Shown: positions 18,975-29,184 of the stretch, one piece after another
Layout of the letters: every line of letters starts with the position of its first letter
Numbering within the stretch: position 1 is the first letter of the stretch
From: a virus
DNA: 64,000 bases
Direction: 5' to 3' (one strand)
Virus record (IMG/VR): IMGVR_UViG_3300045825_000261
Coordinates: 21,175-85,174 of that record
Position numbers and translations under genes: made by a program
Notes under the pieces: generated by a model
The model's database searches: none
The model's input: only the letters and a program-made list of their open reading frames with translations
What the model was told of the DNA's origin: nothing

Positions 18975-20351
18975 CTACTCTCCCTTAATTGCGTTTTCAA
19001 ATTGCTTGCGAACCTGAGCAAGATCATCGGCAACCGATTTGTCAGTGCGATAACTTTGCTCTGCCATGCGAGGCAAAAACAACGAGTGAAAGTCATTGCT
19101 TTCAGACGGGTCAACCAACTCATTCGCACGAACGACGATAATCTTGCCGATGAACTCTTCCGGATTCGCATCAACGCGGTCACGCAAAGCCTCATTCTTT
19201 ACCGTAGTGCTTACCAGCAAAAGCCCATCACTTGAGCGACAAGCAAATGCACCGGCACGACCTTCGTTCTTTGAGCCAACCTTGCCGGATTCGATGCCAA
19301 TAATTTCCAGATCGACATCTACTTCAAGCTTGAACTTGATTTGCTCCTTGCTCGTTGTGTCCTTCCAGATCGCGTCAGGATGCTTTAAAATCACGCCCTC
19401 TTTACCTTGAGCAAGCAACTTGCGATAATGCGCTGTGGCTGCGCTAATAGACTTCACAACGATCGTTGGAATCAGCATTACCGATCGCTCAACAGCACTA
19501 GACCCCTTAAGCTTCAAGATCACACCAGCGAGGCGAGAACGGTACGGAGTGGCGTACTTGCCCTTCGGCATCACTGATGAAAGCGGTATTGCATCCCAGA
19601 TCAAATATACCGGACGCTCATTTGGGGCAAAATCGCCGCCGCTTTGAATGCTATTCATGACGCCATTGCCGTCAGCGCGATCGCAAAGAACGCCATCACG
19701 AAACACGACAATTTCACCGTGATGCTGAAATCCTTCATTCGTGCATAAGCGAATGTCGGCAACCAGCGAATCAAACTTCTCGACCGGCAATTCATTACCC
19801 TGACGTGTGGTAATTCGCACAAGACCACCAACTTCGTGATCAATGTTGGAAAACATACCGTCAGCCTTTTCTTGAACGAACACACCTTTATCCCAGGGCC
19901 ACAGCGACAGGTTGGTGTCTTTCGGCAACGCACAGCGCATATATGGAAACTCTGGAATCAACCCCTTCACCGCCTTGTTACAGGTTGACTCTGAAAAGTC
20001 GGCACGCAGATTTTTACGAATGATGCGGCGAAACAGCTCAGCGGAGTCCTCTGTCAGCATGTCAAGCTCGGCGGCCACAACGTCACGCGCATCGTTGCCG
20101 GTGAGCTTACGCGAAATCAGATCGTCGAGAATCTGCCAAGTTACATCATCGAACCGCTTAAAGCCTTCGTGCGCTTTTCCGATCGGGAGCTTATTGATAC
20201 CGAATGTCTTAAATGGATTGTACGTGTACTCAAGCACACGAACGAACTCGGGACTCGCTGCGGCATTCGCTGTCACAAGGGCAACCTTGTCGTTCTTCCC
20301 TGGCGTGGCGGCGATATTTTCAATCGCGGCAAAAATAGCATCAGATAACAT
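18975..20351 (-). CDS. ATP-dependent DNA ligase
   Basis: QEKADG, HGEI, IWDAI, EGVILK, IKFK, SLFLPR. Confidence 0.93.
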   Translation of the reverse strand: MLSDAIFAAIENIAATPGKNDKVALVTANAAASPEFVRVLEYTYNPFKTFGINKLPIGKAHEGFKRFDDVTWQILDDLISRKLTGNDARDVVAAELDMLTEDSAELFRRIIRKNLRADFSESTCNKAVKGLIPEFPYMRCALPKDTNLSLWPWDKGVFVQEKADGMFSNIDHEVGGLVRITTRQGNELPVEKFDSLVADIRLCTNEGFQHHGEIVVFRDGVLCDRADGNGVMNSIQSGGDFAPNERPVYLIWDAIPLSSVMPKGKYATPYRSRLAGVILKLKGSSAVERSVMLIPTIVVKSISAATAHYRKLLAQGKEGVILKHPDAIWKDTTSKEQIKFKLEVDVDLEIIGIESGKVGSKNEGRAGAFACRSSDGLLLVSTTVKNEALRDRVDANPEEFIGKIIVVRANELVDPSESNDFHSLFLPRMAEQSYRTDKSVADDLAQVRKQFENAIKGE

Positions 20352-20353
20352 AA

Positions 20354-20671
20354 TTAAGCCTCTTCACTTTTAAAAGTGCCATCAATAATCGTTTCAGCCT
20401 GATCAAGAAACGATTCAACAAAGACGTTAAGAAGTTTTTGAGCAACCTTTGCCGTCTGCTCATCACTGAGGTCATGAGCAATCTTGGAGCGATTGAGAAG
20501 ATGAGCGTTCAAGTGAACGGCAAGGTCGGTGATAACGGCGCTCGATACCGCAAGGTCAGCATCATCAATTGACGAAAGCGCGTGTACTACGGCATTCCTA
20601 CAGTCATCAAAGTGCTTGTCAAATTCGGCACGTTTTTCGGCAAGTTGCTCTTCGGTAATTTTTGCATTCAT
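20354..20671 (-). CDS. hypothetical protein
   Basis: ORF with AGGAG RBS. Confidence 0.7.
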   Translation of the reverse strand: MNAKITEEQLAEKRAEFDKHFDDCRNAVVHALSSIDDADLAVSSAVITDLAVHLNAHLLNRSKIAHDLSDEQTAKVAQKLLNVFVESFLDQAETIIDGTFKSEEA

Positions 20672-20691
20672 GTTTTTTTCTCCTAAGTAAA

Positions 20692-21330
20692 TTAAGCTGC
20701 TGCGGTTGCGGCAAGTCTTGCTCTTGCCATTTCAATCAAACTCATACCGCTCTTTTGAGGTGATAAGACTGTCATTTTCTCAATCGACATTGTTGACTTT
20801 GGTTTTGGTTCTTCGGGTTTGATGAGAACCTTTTTAAGCTCCGCTGGCGCAGTCTCTTTCATTGCAATATTTATTGCGTCTGCGTAGTCGCCACCAATAT
20901 TAAGTGCGGAATCTTGCGTTTCGACTTCAACTTTTGGCACAGTTCTCGCAACCGGCATGTTGAATGAAGACTTTTTATTACTAAGCGAAGCAATCTTTTC
21001 ATGCAATTCCAATTGTCTCGTCTCGTACTTGGCGTTAATTCTTGCTCTGCTGACGTAATAGAGTGCGTGGCCGGCCGCGACTTCCTCCCGACGCATTCTC
21101 GCCGCCTTGCAGGTGTTGTGATTGATTGCATCGCCGCAAGATGAATTCATTTCAGAAATCTCGCCACGCTTACTTTCACTGAGCCGCTTCATACAAACGC
21201 AATACGCGGCGGTGCGACCAACAATCGTACAGTCGTCAAAGTAAAACGCATTCGTTCCAGACTCACTCTTGTCGAGTGAGTACGGATTGCCGCTTTCATC
21301 TGTTCTGTAAATCTCTTCCATTTCAGCCAT
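20692..21330 (-). CDS. hypothetical protein with Cys-rich N-terminal domain
   Basis: ORF with GGAGG RBS; C..YCVC..C..C. Confidence 0.75.
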   Translation of the reverse strand: MAEMEEIYRTDESGNPYSLDKSESGTNAFYFDDCTIVGRTAAYCVCMKRLSESKRGEISEMNSSCGDAINHNTCKAARMRREEVAAGHALYYVSRARINAKYETRQLELHEKIASLSNKKSSFNMPVARTVPKVEVETQDSALNIGGDYADAINIAMKETAPAELKKVLIKPEEPKPKSTMSIEKMTVLSPQKSGMSLIEMARARLAATAAA

Positions 21331-21343
21331 TTATTCCTCCTAT

Positions 21344-21802
21344 TTACCAGCTTGCCCAATCACCGCCCCGCTCCAGTTCTGGAGCGGGCTCTTCACAAAC
21401 AATGCCATCATCAACGCTGTCGCTATCAACAATAAGCTCAACCCCCAAAGCAATACAAATTCGATTGGCGACAAGCCGCCCATAATGTTCAAAACAAACA
21501 GATTCAAGCGTAACAGACGGAACCTCGTGACCCTCGTTAAATAATCCGTAGCTAGAAAAAGTCTCGTTGTATCCTCGACCCTCTTTTTCATTCAGTATAT
21601 TTAACCGAGCTAGTCCGAGATTTCGCTCGTCTGTAAACATTTCCAACTTCACCTGACAACTGTGACTGTGACACTTGTCTAATTTCCCCCACCTCTTAAT
21701 CAGAACACCTCGCCCCGCACTCTGATTCCAAAGCTGAATCGCCTCATAGAACTTAGTGCCCCACTCGTGAATCTGAATGTGACCACCCTTATGGATGTTC
21801 AT
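21344..21802 (-). CDS. WGR-like domain protein
   Basis: TKFYE...VLIKRWGK...KEGRGY. Confidence 0.6.
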   Translation of the reverse strand: MNIHKGGHIQIHEWGTKFYEAIQLWNQSAGRGVLIKRWGKLDKCHSHSCQVKLEMFTDERNLGLARLNILNEKEGRGYNETFSSYGLFNEGHEVPSVTLESVCFEHYGRLVANRICIALGVELIVDSDSVDDGIVCEEPAPELERGGDWASW

Positions 21803-21896
21803 GTCTCACCTCTCTATCTTGCACTGCTCACAAGAAACATTATATAAACCGCAAGCTGGATATTATAGTCATTTGTGACTTACTCCAGCTAATAAG

Positions 21897-22982
21897 TTAC
21901 GACATTTTTGACGCCATCATCTTCAACTTAGTCATTGTCATGGCATTGACGCTCATTGCCTTCCAGTACGCATCGCGAACAGCGGGCGCGGCTACCTCAT
22001 TCGGATCTTTGCCGACCGGCAGTACGGCAACGCGAGTGTTAAAGCCGTAACCTTTCAACTTTAGCGCCGCTTCTGCCGCCGCCTCAAGTGCTTTCGGTTC
22101 AGCATCCCACATAAACGTAACCGTCTTCAGACCTCGCTCTTTCAATTGCATTAGCTTGGCTACCTGACTGCTATCGTCGCCAAACGACAGGCTCTTACCA
22201 AACGAACCAACAGGCACAATGTCCCTAAGCTCCATCTGTCCATCGAGCGCGATCTTGGTGGCCATAACGTCGAACACGCCCTCGCCAATTACGACATGTT
22301 CAGCGCCCAAAGCGTTCTGACCGTTGTAAATGACGCTGCCGGTTGAGGCAAAGCCTGGTGGAAATAGATACTTCTTTTCAGCGTCACCCGTAATGTCGCG
22401 TCCTTGAAACGACACAAGTTCACCTTCCAGATCAAATATGGGAATAATGATTCTGTTGGCGTACGATTGATGACGATCTTTCCCATCTTCGTCCCTGTAG
22501 TTAAACCAGCCCTTCTTTGAAAACCTCAACCCAAAGTATCGAGCCACACTGGAGTCGATGTTTCGATTTATCAGGTACTTCAAGTTTCGCCCATCGCGAG
22601 GCAGCGCAAACGAGTCAGGCAAAACTAACTCAGTATTGAGATTGGTAGCTACCGCAATTCGCTTAGGCGGACGCCATCCCTGCTCTTTCGCCGCCTGCTT
22701 AATATGTTCGATAACCTCTCTGGTGCTCATGTGTCCAAAGAATGACTTGATGAATGTGAACTTGTTAAATTTCTTTTCACAATCGCCAGAGAAACAGTTC
22801 CCAAAGCCAGTCTCAAGACCAATATAGACCTTCCAGTTTGAATTGCCGCAGCATGGGCATTCCTTTACGTTTGCTTGTGGCCCTCTTGAGCCACGCTCGC
22901 GCTTGTAAGTAATTCCCTCTCGATCAAGCCATGACTCTATGTCCAGCATGTCGAGAATTTCGCCAAGCTCGTCACTCAGCAT
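21897..22982 (-). CDS. DNA primase (Zn finger + TOPRIM)
   Basis: CPCC..CFSGDC, RIIIPI, FQGR, EGVFD, WDAE, KDPNE. Confidence 0.9.
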   Translation of the reverse strand: MLSDELGEILDMLDIESWLDREGITYKRERGSRGPQANVKECPCCGNSNWKVYIGLETGFGNCFSGDCEKKFNKFTFIKSFFGHMSTREVIEHIKQAAKEQGWRPPKRIAVATNLNTELVLPDSFALPRDGRNLKYLINRNIDSSVARYFGLRFSKKGWFNYRDEDGKDRHQSYANRIIIPIFDLEGELVSFQGRDITGDAEKKYLFPPGFASTGSVIYNGQNALGAEHVVIGEGVFDVMATKIALDGQMELRDIVPVGSFGKSLSFGDDSSQVAKLMQLKERGLKTVTFMWDAEPKALEAAAEAALKLKGYGFNTRVAVLPVGKDPNEVAAPAVRDAYWKAMSVNAMTMTKLKMMASKMS

Positions 22983-23178
22983 ATTCTGCACTCACTAACG
23001 TCCAAAAGTCCGTGATAACACATACGATAGCGCTGGCGGAAAGACCGTGACGAACGAGCATGGCAACTATGTTGCGAAGACGCTTCTCTGTCGTCGCACA
23101 CCAGAAGCCAACACCCTTCACTTTTACGATTGCGTCCTCAATCTCTTTTTCAAACTTGCTCACTTCAACCTCACTCAA
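22972..23178 (-). CDS. hypothetical protein
   Basis: Short ORF overlapping primase start. Confidence 0.5.
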   Translation of the reverse strand: MSEVEVSKFEKEIEDAIVKVKGVGFWCATTEKRLRNIVAMLVRHGLSASAIVCVITDFWTLVSAEYAE

Positions 23179-23238
23179 TTTTGACTTACATTATTTTCTC
23201 ACAATTGATCAGGAGTGACTTACCTCCTGACCGGACAT

Positions 23239-24651
23239 TTACTCAACCCCAATGACGCTCTCTACGAACTTCATTCGAGCCAAATCCTGCTTGATAATAA
23301 TGACGAACCCGCTCTCTTGATTTCGAGACGCGGCAAAGTACAGACGAGCCTCGCCCTTCTTCGCCTCTTCTTCCGTCTTGTTGATCGAGATAACCAAATC
23401 GGCAGTTCTGATCTTGTTAAAGTCTTCAGCAACGTGTTCGGCTTTCGCTACCGTAGCCTTAAAGCCTTCTCGATTCGTCTGAGTTGCGGTAAGAACGGCG
23501 CAGTCAAACTCAAACGCTATCGCACGAAGTCCAAGACCGATCGACTTGGAGTTCTCAATAACGCTGTCAGTGCGATTGTCGGGACACATAATATCGGCGT
23601 AATCGACAACAACCATGTCATAGCGAGTACCCTTTGACTTGTGTGCCTCAAGCAGCTTTCGCAACATTGCCGGACTCAACATGCCAGACGGGTACTCTGC
23701 AAGGTCAAGTTTGCCGGCGCGAGCCTCTAGCGCCGACAGCTTCGACTCAATGGTCTTCATGCTGATGGTCAAGTCCTTCATCAGCGTGTTTGTAATACAC
23801 GCATCTAGCCGCTCTTCAATAATCCGAGCAGCAACCTCACACGTCACATACAGTACATTTTTTCCAGCGAGTGATGCTGCTTGAGCGAAGTTAATCAAGG
23901 CAGTGGTCTTACCCGCTTTCGCACCGCCCATAATGATCGTAAGTTCCTTGCGCCCCCAGCCCTTGTGATAAAGCAACTCGTCCATGCGGTGAATGCCGGT
24001 CGTGATGCCCATAGGCGGCATCTTTCCGGCTATTCTGTCTGCACGTTCTTCTGTTCTTGCCTCGGTATCCCAATAACTGCGAATGCCGCCGTCCTCATTC
24101 AACCCAATCTCAAGAGCGGCCTTGAACGAACTCTCGATTTTGGAGAAGTTTTTCTTCTCCAGAAGCGATACCGATGCAAGAATCGCCTGCGCAGTGGCCT
24201 GATGTCTTGCGAATTCAGCAAGCTTATCCGCAACATAGTTGCCGTCTGTCAGATCATCCTGCTTCATTTGCTTCCAGGCGGCGGACACGACAGACAGAAT
24301 GTCCTTACGAATCACGCCGCTACGAATAGCCTCAGTGATCAACTCCTTCATCGAGGCTGTCGCGGGAACGGCGTTATACTTTTTGAAGTGCTTTATCGCC
24401 ATACTGACGAGAGCGGCTTCGCCCACATTCTCGAAGTGATCAGGGTTAAGCAGATGTATCGTTTTTCGAACAAAGCCATCGTCTCTCAACGTAAGAGCGG
24501 CTATTCTCGACTGAAACGCATCGCTAAACTCAAACTTCTCGGCCTTTACCTCTTCTTGCTCCGACTCATCTTCGGTCGGTGAGCCGCCCATATACGAGGC
24601 GGCAATCATATCTGCGACAGAACCCTCTGTCGCACTGGTGGTTTCGACCAT
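23239..24651 (-). CDS. dnaB: replicative DnaB/gp41-like helicase
   Basis: GGAKAGKT, VVVDYAD, ATQTNR, AED, ADLVISI. Confidence 0.92.
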   Translation of the reverse strand: MVETTSATEGSVADMIAASYMGGSPTEDESEQEEVKAEKFEFSDAFQSRIAALTLRDDGFVRKTIHLLNPDHFENVGEAALVSMAIKHFKKYNAVPATASMKELITEAIRSGVIRKDILSVVSAAWKQMKQDDLTDGNYVADKLAEFARHQATAQAILASVSLLEKKNFSKIESSFKAALEIGLNEDGGIRSYWDTEARTEERADRIAGKMPPMGITTGIHRMDELLYHKGWGRKELTIIMGGAKAGKTTALINFAQAASLAGKNVLYVTCEVAARIIEERLDACITNTLMKDLTISMKTIESKLSALEARAGKLDLAEYPSGMLSPAMLRKLLEAHKSKGTRYDMVVVDYADIMCPDNRTDSVIENSKSIGLGLRAIAFEFDCAVLTATQTNREGFKATVAKAEHVAEDFNKIRTADLVISINKTEEEAKKGEARLYFAASRNQESGFVIIIKQDLARMKFVESVIGVE

Positions 24652-24652
24652 A

Positions 24653-25039
24653 CTAACCCCCTACAGACTGTGTGCGTTCTGCAAATTGAGGCTCAAATTC
24701 AGAAATATCATGCTTGAAAATTACACGAGTTCTGCCGTCGCTCAAGACGGATACGGTGTATTTATCAGAATGCTTAATTGTCCCAGTGAACCTTTCACCG
24801 GAGCTAACCTTCTCAAACGCTACAGTAGCGTTAGACGCCTCTAAAGCCTTCAGAAACGCCTCGTGACCCTTTGGCACTATCTTCGTCTTAGACGAAGACT
24901 TTGGTGCGCGAATAGTGCCTGAAATTCTAGACTGCATGACGCCATCAACCATCTTAGACGGAACAGAATCAGCCTCTCTCATATTTAGTGCAAACGCTCG
25001 CTGTTCCTCGCGAACCTGTTGATCGAACGGTTTATTCAT
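24653..25039 (-). CDS. hfq: Hfq/Sm-like RNA-binding protein
   Basis: HEAFLKALE..NATV....SGERFTGTIKHSDKYTVSV....RVIFKHDIS aligns with Hfq helix, Sm1 and Sm2 (YKHAIS). Confidence 0.7.
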   Translation of the reverse strand: MNKPFDQQVREEQRAFALNMREADSVPSKMVDGVMQSRISGTIRAPKSSSKTKIVPKGHEAFLKALEASNATVAFEKVSSGERFTGTIKHSDKYTVSVLSDGRTRVIFKHDISEFEPQFAERTQSVGG

Positions 25040-25100
25040 AACTCCCCCTTATAAAAATGCAGAATCGCGCTGCACCGCTATTATAGTCACTACTGACTTA

Positions 25101-25835
25101 TTATTCTGGGAATCTCAATTCTTTCATCGCTTCATCTACCAGATCGTCCCCAAACTGTATTCTTGCCGTTTCGATTCTCAGGGCGTTATGCTCATACATC
25201 GAAGCGCATAAAGTGAAACGCTTATGTTGCCGATTGCGAATCTGTGCAACGATAAAGTTCTCATAAGCTTTTTGGTGCGCATCTCCGTGCCACCTATAAC
25301 ACTTGTACCAAGTGTCCTTTGAAAGTTGTAAGCGAGTTGCACACTCCTCTTCCCACCGCATCATTACCGCAACGATCATCTCCTCGTTATCCCCCATCTG
25401 ACCTGGGCGTGGCGGATACAGCGATTGCCTTCTAAAACATTCCTCTGTGTACCAGAGCATACACTCCGTCAAAAAGAAGTCATACCGAATGCCGAGACTA
25501 TCAACCAACTGACGCAACCGCCAAATCGAAAGCTTTTCCCGCGCATTGAGGAAATCATCTCCCTTGATTGGCTTAACAAAATCCGCTCTGTCTGAATCAA
25601 CCGCTATTCTGGTGAATTCCCGATACGCCATCTTGTAGCATTCCATAAAATAATTTGTCGCATACAGTGGGTGCATCCGACGATAGTCAAACCACTTTTT
25701 GTTCATCAGTTCGACCTCAAGCTTTAAAAGTTTTGCCGGTATGTGCTGAATCGTTAGAATCTCACAATCCCGAAAAGAAAAATCAGAACCAAAGAAGGAA
25801 CCGCACCACTTGGGAATAACTTGGGGCATCCACAC
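25101..25835 (-). CDS. conserved phage protein upstream of helicase
   Basis: KWFDYRRMHPLYAT motif recalled from SSU5-like genomes; start uncertain. Confidence 0.7.
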   Translation of the reverse strand: MWMPQVIPKWCGSFFGSDFSFRDCEILTIQHIPAKLLKLEVELMNKKWFDYRRMHPLYATNYFMECYKMAYREFTRIAVDSDRADFVKPIKGDDFLNAREKLSIWRLRQLVDSLGIRYDFFLTECMLWYTEECFRRQSLYPPRPGQMGDNEEMIVAVMMRWEEECATRLQLSKDTWYKCYRWHGDAHQKAYENFIVAQIRNRQHKRFTLCASMYEHNALRIETARIQFGDDLVDEAMKELRFPE

Positions 25836-25924
25836 CGCTCCTATAAGTATTTACAATATATTTAAAACCAATTATTACCATTTATTCTTTACCGCTCGTC
25901 AGAGGACGACCCAAGTTGGGAAAG
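25808..25924 (+). repeat. iteron/AT-rich element, copy 1
   Basis: ACTTGGGAATAACTTGGGGC-N13-CTATAAGTATT, AT-rich tract, CAGAGG..TTGGGAAAG. Confidence 0.7.
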
Positions 25925-25978
25925 CGTATCGGTTCAGCTTTTCAACTCAAGTCGCATTGTTACATCTGAACTCTGGAA

Positions 25979-26740
25979 CTACAGTAGCGGCTGCTCGTAA
26001 GCCTGAACTATCTCCTGAACCAAACCGCTGCGAACAATATCGTCTCTTGTGAACTGAATACATTTTACTGATGGTATGTAGGACAGTTTCGCAATCGCGT
26101 CGGCAAGACCAGATTCCCCGCGAATGTCTTTTTGAGTAATGTCGCCATTCACCACAACCTTTGTATCTTGACCAATGCGGGTAAGAAACATTTTCATTTG
26201 AGTTGGGGTTGTATTTTGGGCTTCATCAAGAATTACAAAGGCGTTCTTAAATGTTCTGCCACGCATATATGCAAGTGGGGCCGCCTCAATACGGCCGGCT
26301 TTAATTAGATACTCTACAAATGTCTTCCCAAGCCGCTCATTGAGAACGTCCTTGAACGGTTGAAGGTACGGATCAAATTTATCTTCAATCTCCCCAGGCA
26401 GGAATCCCAAGTTTTCACCAGCCTCAACAGCGGGTCTGGTGATAATGATCTTTTCAATCTCGCCACTCTCAAGCATCTGTGCCGCTGTCGCTGCGCATAA
26501 CCACGTTTTACCGCTTCCAGCAGGTCCAGTTGCAAAGGTTAGCGTAGAAGACTTCATGGCGTTGATATAGCGCCGTTGCGCATCGCTCTTAGCGGTTATT
26601 GGAGAGGTGTCTCGTTGTCGTGCTGGTGCTGGTGCTGCGTGTTCTCGCAGTTCAATTTCAACGACTTGCGCGTCATGTGGGCGTTGGTTTTTAGAGCGAT
26701 GGTGCGATTGGCGCTTACTAGACATACTTGCGTTCCTCAT
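25979..26740 (-). CDS. phoH: PhoH-family ATPase
   Basis: GPAGSGKT, ITRPAVEAGENLGFLPG, YMRGRT, LDEAQN, GDITQ. Confidence 0.95.
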   Translation of the reverse strand: MRNASMSSKRQSHHRSKNQRPHDAQVVEIELREHAAPAPARQRDTSPITAKSDAQRRYINAMKSSTLTFATGPAGSGKTWLCAATAAQMLESGEIEKIIITRPAVEAGENLGFLPGEIEDKFDPYLQPFKDVLNERLGKTFVEYLIKAGRIEAAPLAYMRGRTFKNAFVILDEAQNTTPTQMKMFLTRIGQDTKVVVNGDITQKDIRGESGLADAIAKLSYIPSVKCIQFTRDDIVRSGLVQEIVQAYEQPLL

Positions 26741-26803
26741 AAGTGATTAAGTGACGACTAAGAATAGCTCAGTCGTGACTTAATCACAATATAAGAAAGG
26801 TGA

Positions 26804-27133
26804 TTATCCCCAGAATTCAGCGGAAACCACACATGTTGCAGTTGCAATTACACTAATTGAAGCAATGTCCTCAACGCAGAAAAATGGCTGAACGGTGGCG
26901 GGAACAGACACCGACCCAATACCTGTAGTTACATCAATTGTTCCAGTTGTGGCTACTCCATTTGGGTTGTAGTAAAACAGTGCACCAGCAGACAGCCTCA
27001 CAAAGCGAGCTCCGACAGGTTTAGCAAATGACTTTGCGACGTTTGCAACAAGCGCCACGGAGTTAATATAATCTGGAACGTTCTCTGTGTAGCAAAGAGA
27101 GTTGGCGTCCGCTGTGTAAATAAGTTTTTTCAT
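26804..27133 (-). CDS. hypothetical beta-rich protein
   Basis: ORF with RBS and upstream operator/promoter. Confidence 0.7.
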   Translation of the reverse strand: MKKLIYTADANSLCYTENVPDYINSVALVANVAKSFAKPVGARFVRLSAGALFYYNPNGVATTGTIDVTTGIGSVSVPATVQPFFCVEDIASISVIATATCVVSAEFWG

Positions 27134-27189
27134 AATATTTCCTATAAAAGTTAATAGCCAAGTATATCAGTTATGACTTATCTGTCCAG

Positions 27190-28491
27190 TTAAGACTCGT
27201 CTTTGTTTCGGTGATACCACTTCCCGCCTGAGATTGCAAAATCAGTAACGGTTACATAGTCAAAGTTGGTGGATCGCTTTTTCGTATCGACGTTAATTAG
27301 CGCGAACCCATTGTTCCAACGTTCGCCTTCACAATACGAAGCCGATCTTCTGTGCCCAGAGCCCAACTGATGCCACTCATATGGGCCGTAGATTGGGTTA
27401 AAGGCACTCCAAACCTGATGCTTGTGATGATGCCCATTTACGCCAGCGAGCCCCATGTTTCGAGCATGTGGAAAGTGGTGACAAACAACTGTTTCCCAAT
27501 AAATCTTGTAATTGTTTGCCAACTCTTTCTCTTGCTCGCGTTTTGTCCACGCTGCAAGGTCTGCTTTTGCAATATAGTTTATATCGAAGTCGTTAAGCCC
27601 AAGCAGCTTGCTCGCCGTAAACCCATGCAGATCGGCAAGAACCGACCTGAGTGCCGGCGTTGCATCGGCAAGCTGACGAATCATTCTAGCCTCATGATTA
27701 CCCTCAATGAGGTCAAATTGCGAGTCGGGGCAAGCCTCTCGAAGCGGTGCAAAGATTTTTTCATGCACAAACTTAATGCGACCCACTACATCCCATTCGC
27801 GAGGATCGACTAGATATTTGCCAAACTCAGCAAGGTCAAACACATCGCCAACGAAACATATGACATCAGGCTGTACTCGCCTTGCGGTATCTATTAGAAC
27901 GCGAAGATAGAATGGGTCAATTTCAATGTCGTGAAGGTCGGAGCAGGTAAGAATTGTCTTGAAGCGATTGCTGTTCTCACGAATATATTTATCGGCGTAG
28001 TCCTGACGCTCGATACTCACCTGACGATAATGATCGACGCTGGCGTGTTTCGCGATATTTCTTTCATGCGCGTGCTGTTGACGAGAAAGTTTTACACCGG
28101 CTTGTCGCTTGAACTCTTCAAAAGTTCCAAAATATCTATTCCACGTAGCTTCTGAAATTTTTGAATGGTTACGGAAATAGTTGCGAGTAACAATTTGCTC
28201 AACGTCAATTTCAGAAATCCTGCGAAGCTCGTCAAGGCAATCATCAGCAGTCCACTCGTCGTGAAATCTTGAAGAGTCTTCCGACATTGGAGCTTCGGAA
28301 TGACATGCTCTCAATATGATTTTTGGCATTCGAGGATCGCTCTTAGACAGCCCTCGAATAACAGCCGCCTTATTTCTTACTGTCTTGATTGAAATGCCCA
28401 AGAATGCAGCAACGTCGGCGAGTGTGTGATACTTTTCCAAATCGTTGTAGATGGATAAGAAGTCGTCGCCTGATTTGATTTTATCAGCCAT
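27190..28491 (-). CDS. HTH + helical repeat + calcineurin-like metallophosphoesterase
   Basis: TLADVAAFLGISIKTVRN; YFGTFEEFKRQAG; SDLH, GDVFD, GNHE, GHHH. Confidence 0.8.
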   Translation of the reverse strand: MADKIKSGDDFLSIYNDLEKYHTLADVAAFLGISIKTVRNKAAVIRGLSKSDPRMPKIILRACHSEAPMSEDSSRFHDEWTADDCLDELRRISEIDVEQIVTRNYFRNHSKISEATWNRYFGTFEEFKRQAGVKLSRQQHAHERNIAKHASVDHYRQVSIERQDYADKYIRENSNRFKTILTCSDLHDIEIDPFYLRVLIDTARRVQPDVICFVGDVFDLAEFGKYLVDPREWDVVGRIKFVHEKIFAPLREACPDSQFDLIEGNHEARMIRQLADATPALRSVLADLHGFTASKLLGLNDFDINYIAKADLAAWTKREQEKELANNYKIYWETVVCHHFPHARNMGLAGVNGHHHKHQVWSAFNPIYGPYEWHQLGSGHRRSASYCEGERWNNGFALINVDTKKRSTNFDYVTVTDFAISGGKWYHRNKDES

Positions 28492-28514
28492 AAGTGTCTC
28501 GTGTGAAAGTGAAA

Positions 28515-28533
28515 CGGCAGACCTAAGTCTGCC
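28515..28533 (-). terminator. terminator-like hairpin after lysis genes
   Basis: GGCAGAC-CTAA-GTCTGCC. Confidence 0.5.
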
Positions 28534-28551
28534 GCCTGTTAATCAGCAGGA

Positions 28552-29163
28552 TTACTGCCGTTTACTTAACGCCGCCCCTAATTGACCAATAGACGCAGAA
28601 AGCGCCTCACGATTGTCGCCAGAGCCCTTGCTTGAACCATAGTAATAACCCACCACCTGTTGAGCGTTTGCCGCCATGTAGCCAACCATAGTTCCGAGAA
28701 ATGAGAACACCGCAGCCACCATACCAACATCCTTTACTGTGATTCCTCCCGACAGTAGTAAATACGCTCCCCACATCGCCATTCCGATAGATATGGCAAA
28801 TGTCGCCAAAATCACCGCGCCGAGCCTAAAAACGCTTTGGTTAGTTGCAAACTTATCACGAGCCTGTTGGGTGTCTGCGGCATAGGTCTGCGTCTCAGCG
28901 AGAGCTAGACGACTCATCTCCTCAATGTGATTAAAGCCCAACGTTTGCATCTTTAACTTAAACTCACTATCCTTAACCTGCATATCCACAAGCTGCTCTG
29001 GGGTAGCAGCAGACACGGCAGATGAAATTGCCTCACGTGTCGGCTTAACCTCAACGCCAATCGCCTCACTTACCGTATTTGCAGCCATGCTTATTAGCGC
29101 CGGTACGTTGCCTGATGCGGCTGCACCGATCCAGGGCAATACTTTTGTCAAAAAATCTTCCAT
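28552..29163 (-). CDS. lysis-associated membrane protein (3TM holin-like)
   Basis: Two TM segments ending YYYGSSKGS; follows endolysin. Confidence 0.65.
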   Translation of the reverse strand: MEDFLTKVLPWIGAAASGNVPALISMAANTVSEAIGVEVKPTREAISSAVSAATPEQLVDMQVKDSEFKLKMQTLGFNHIEEMSRLALAETQTYAADTQQARDKFATNQSVFRLGAVILATFAISIGMAMWGAYLLLSGGITVKDVGMVAAVFSFLGTMVGYMAANAQQVVGYYYGSSKGSGDNREALSASIGQLGAALSKRQ

Positions 29164-29184
29164 AGTTTCCTCACTCGTGACTTA

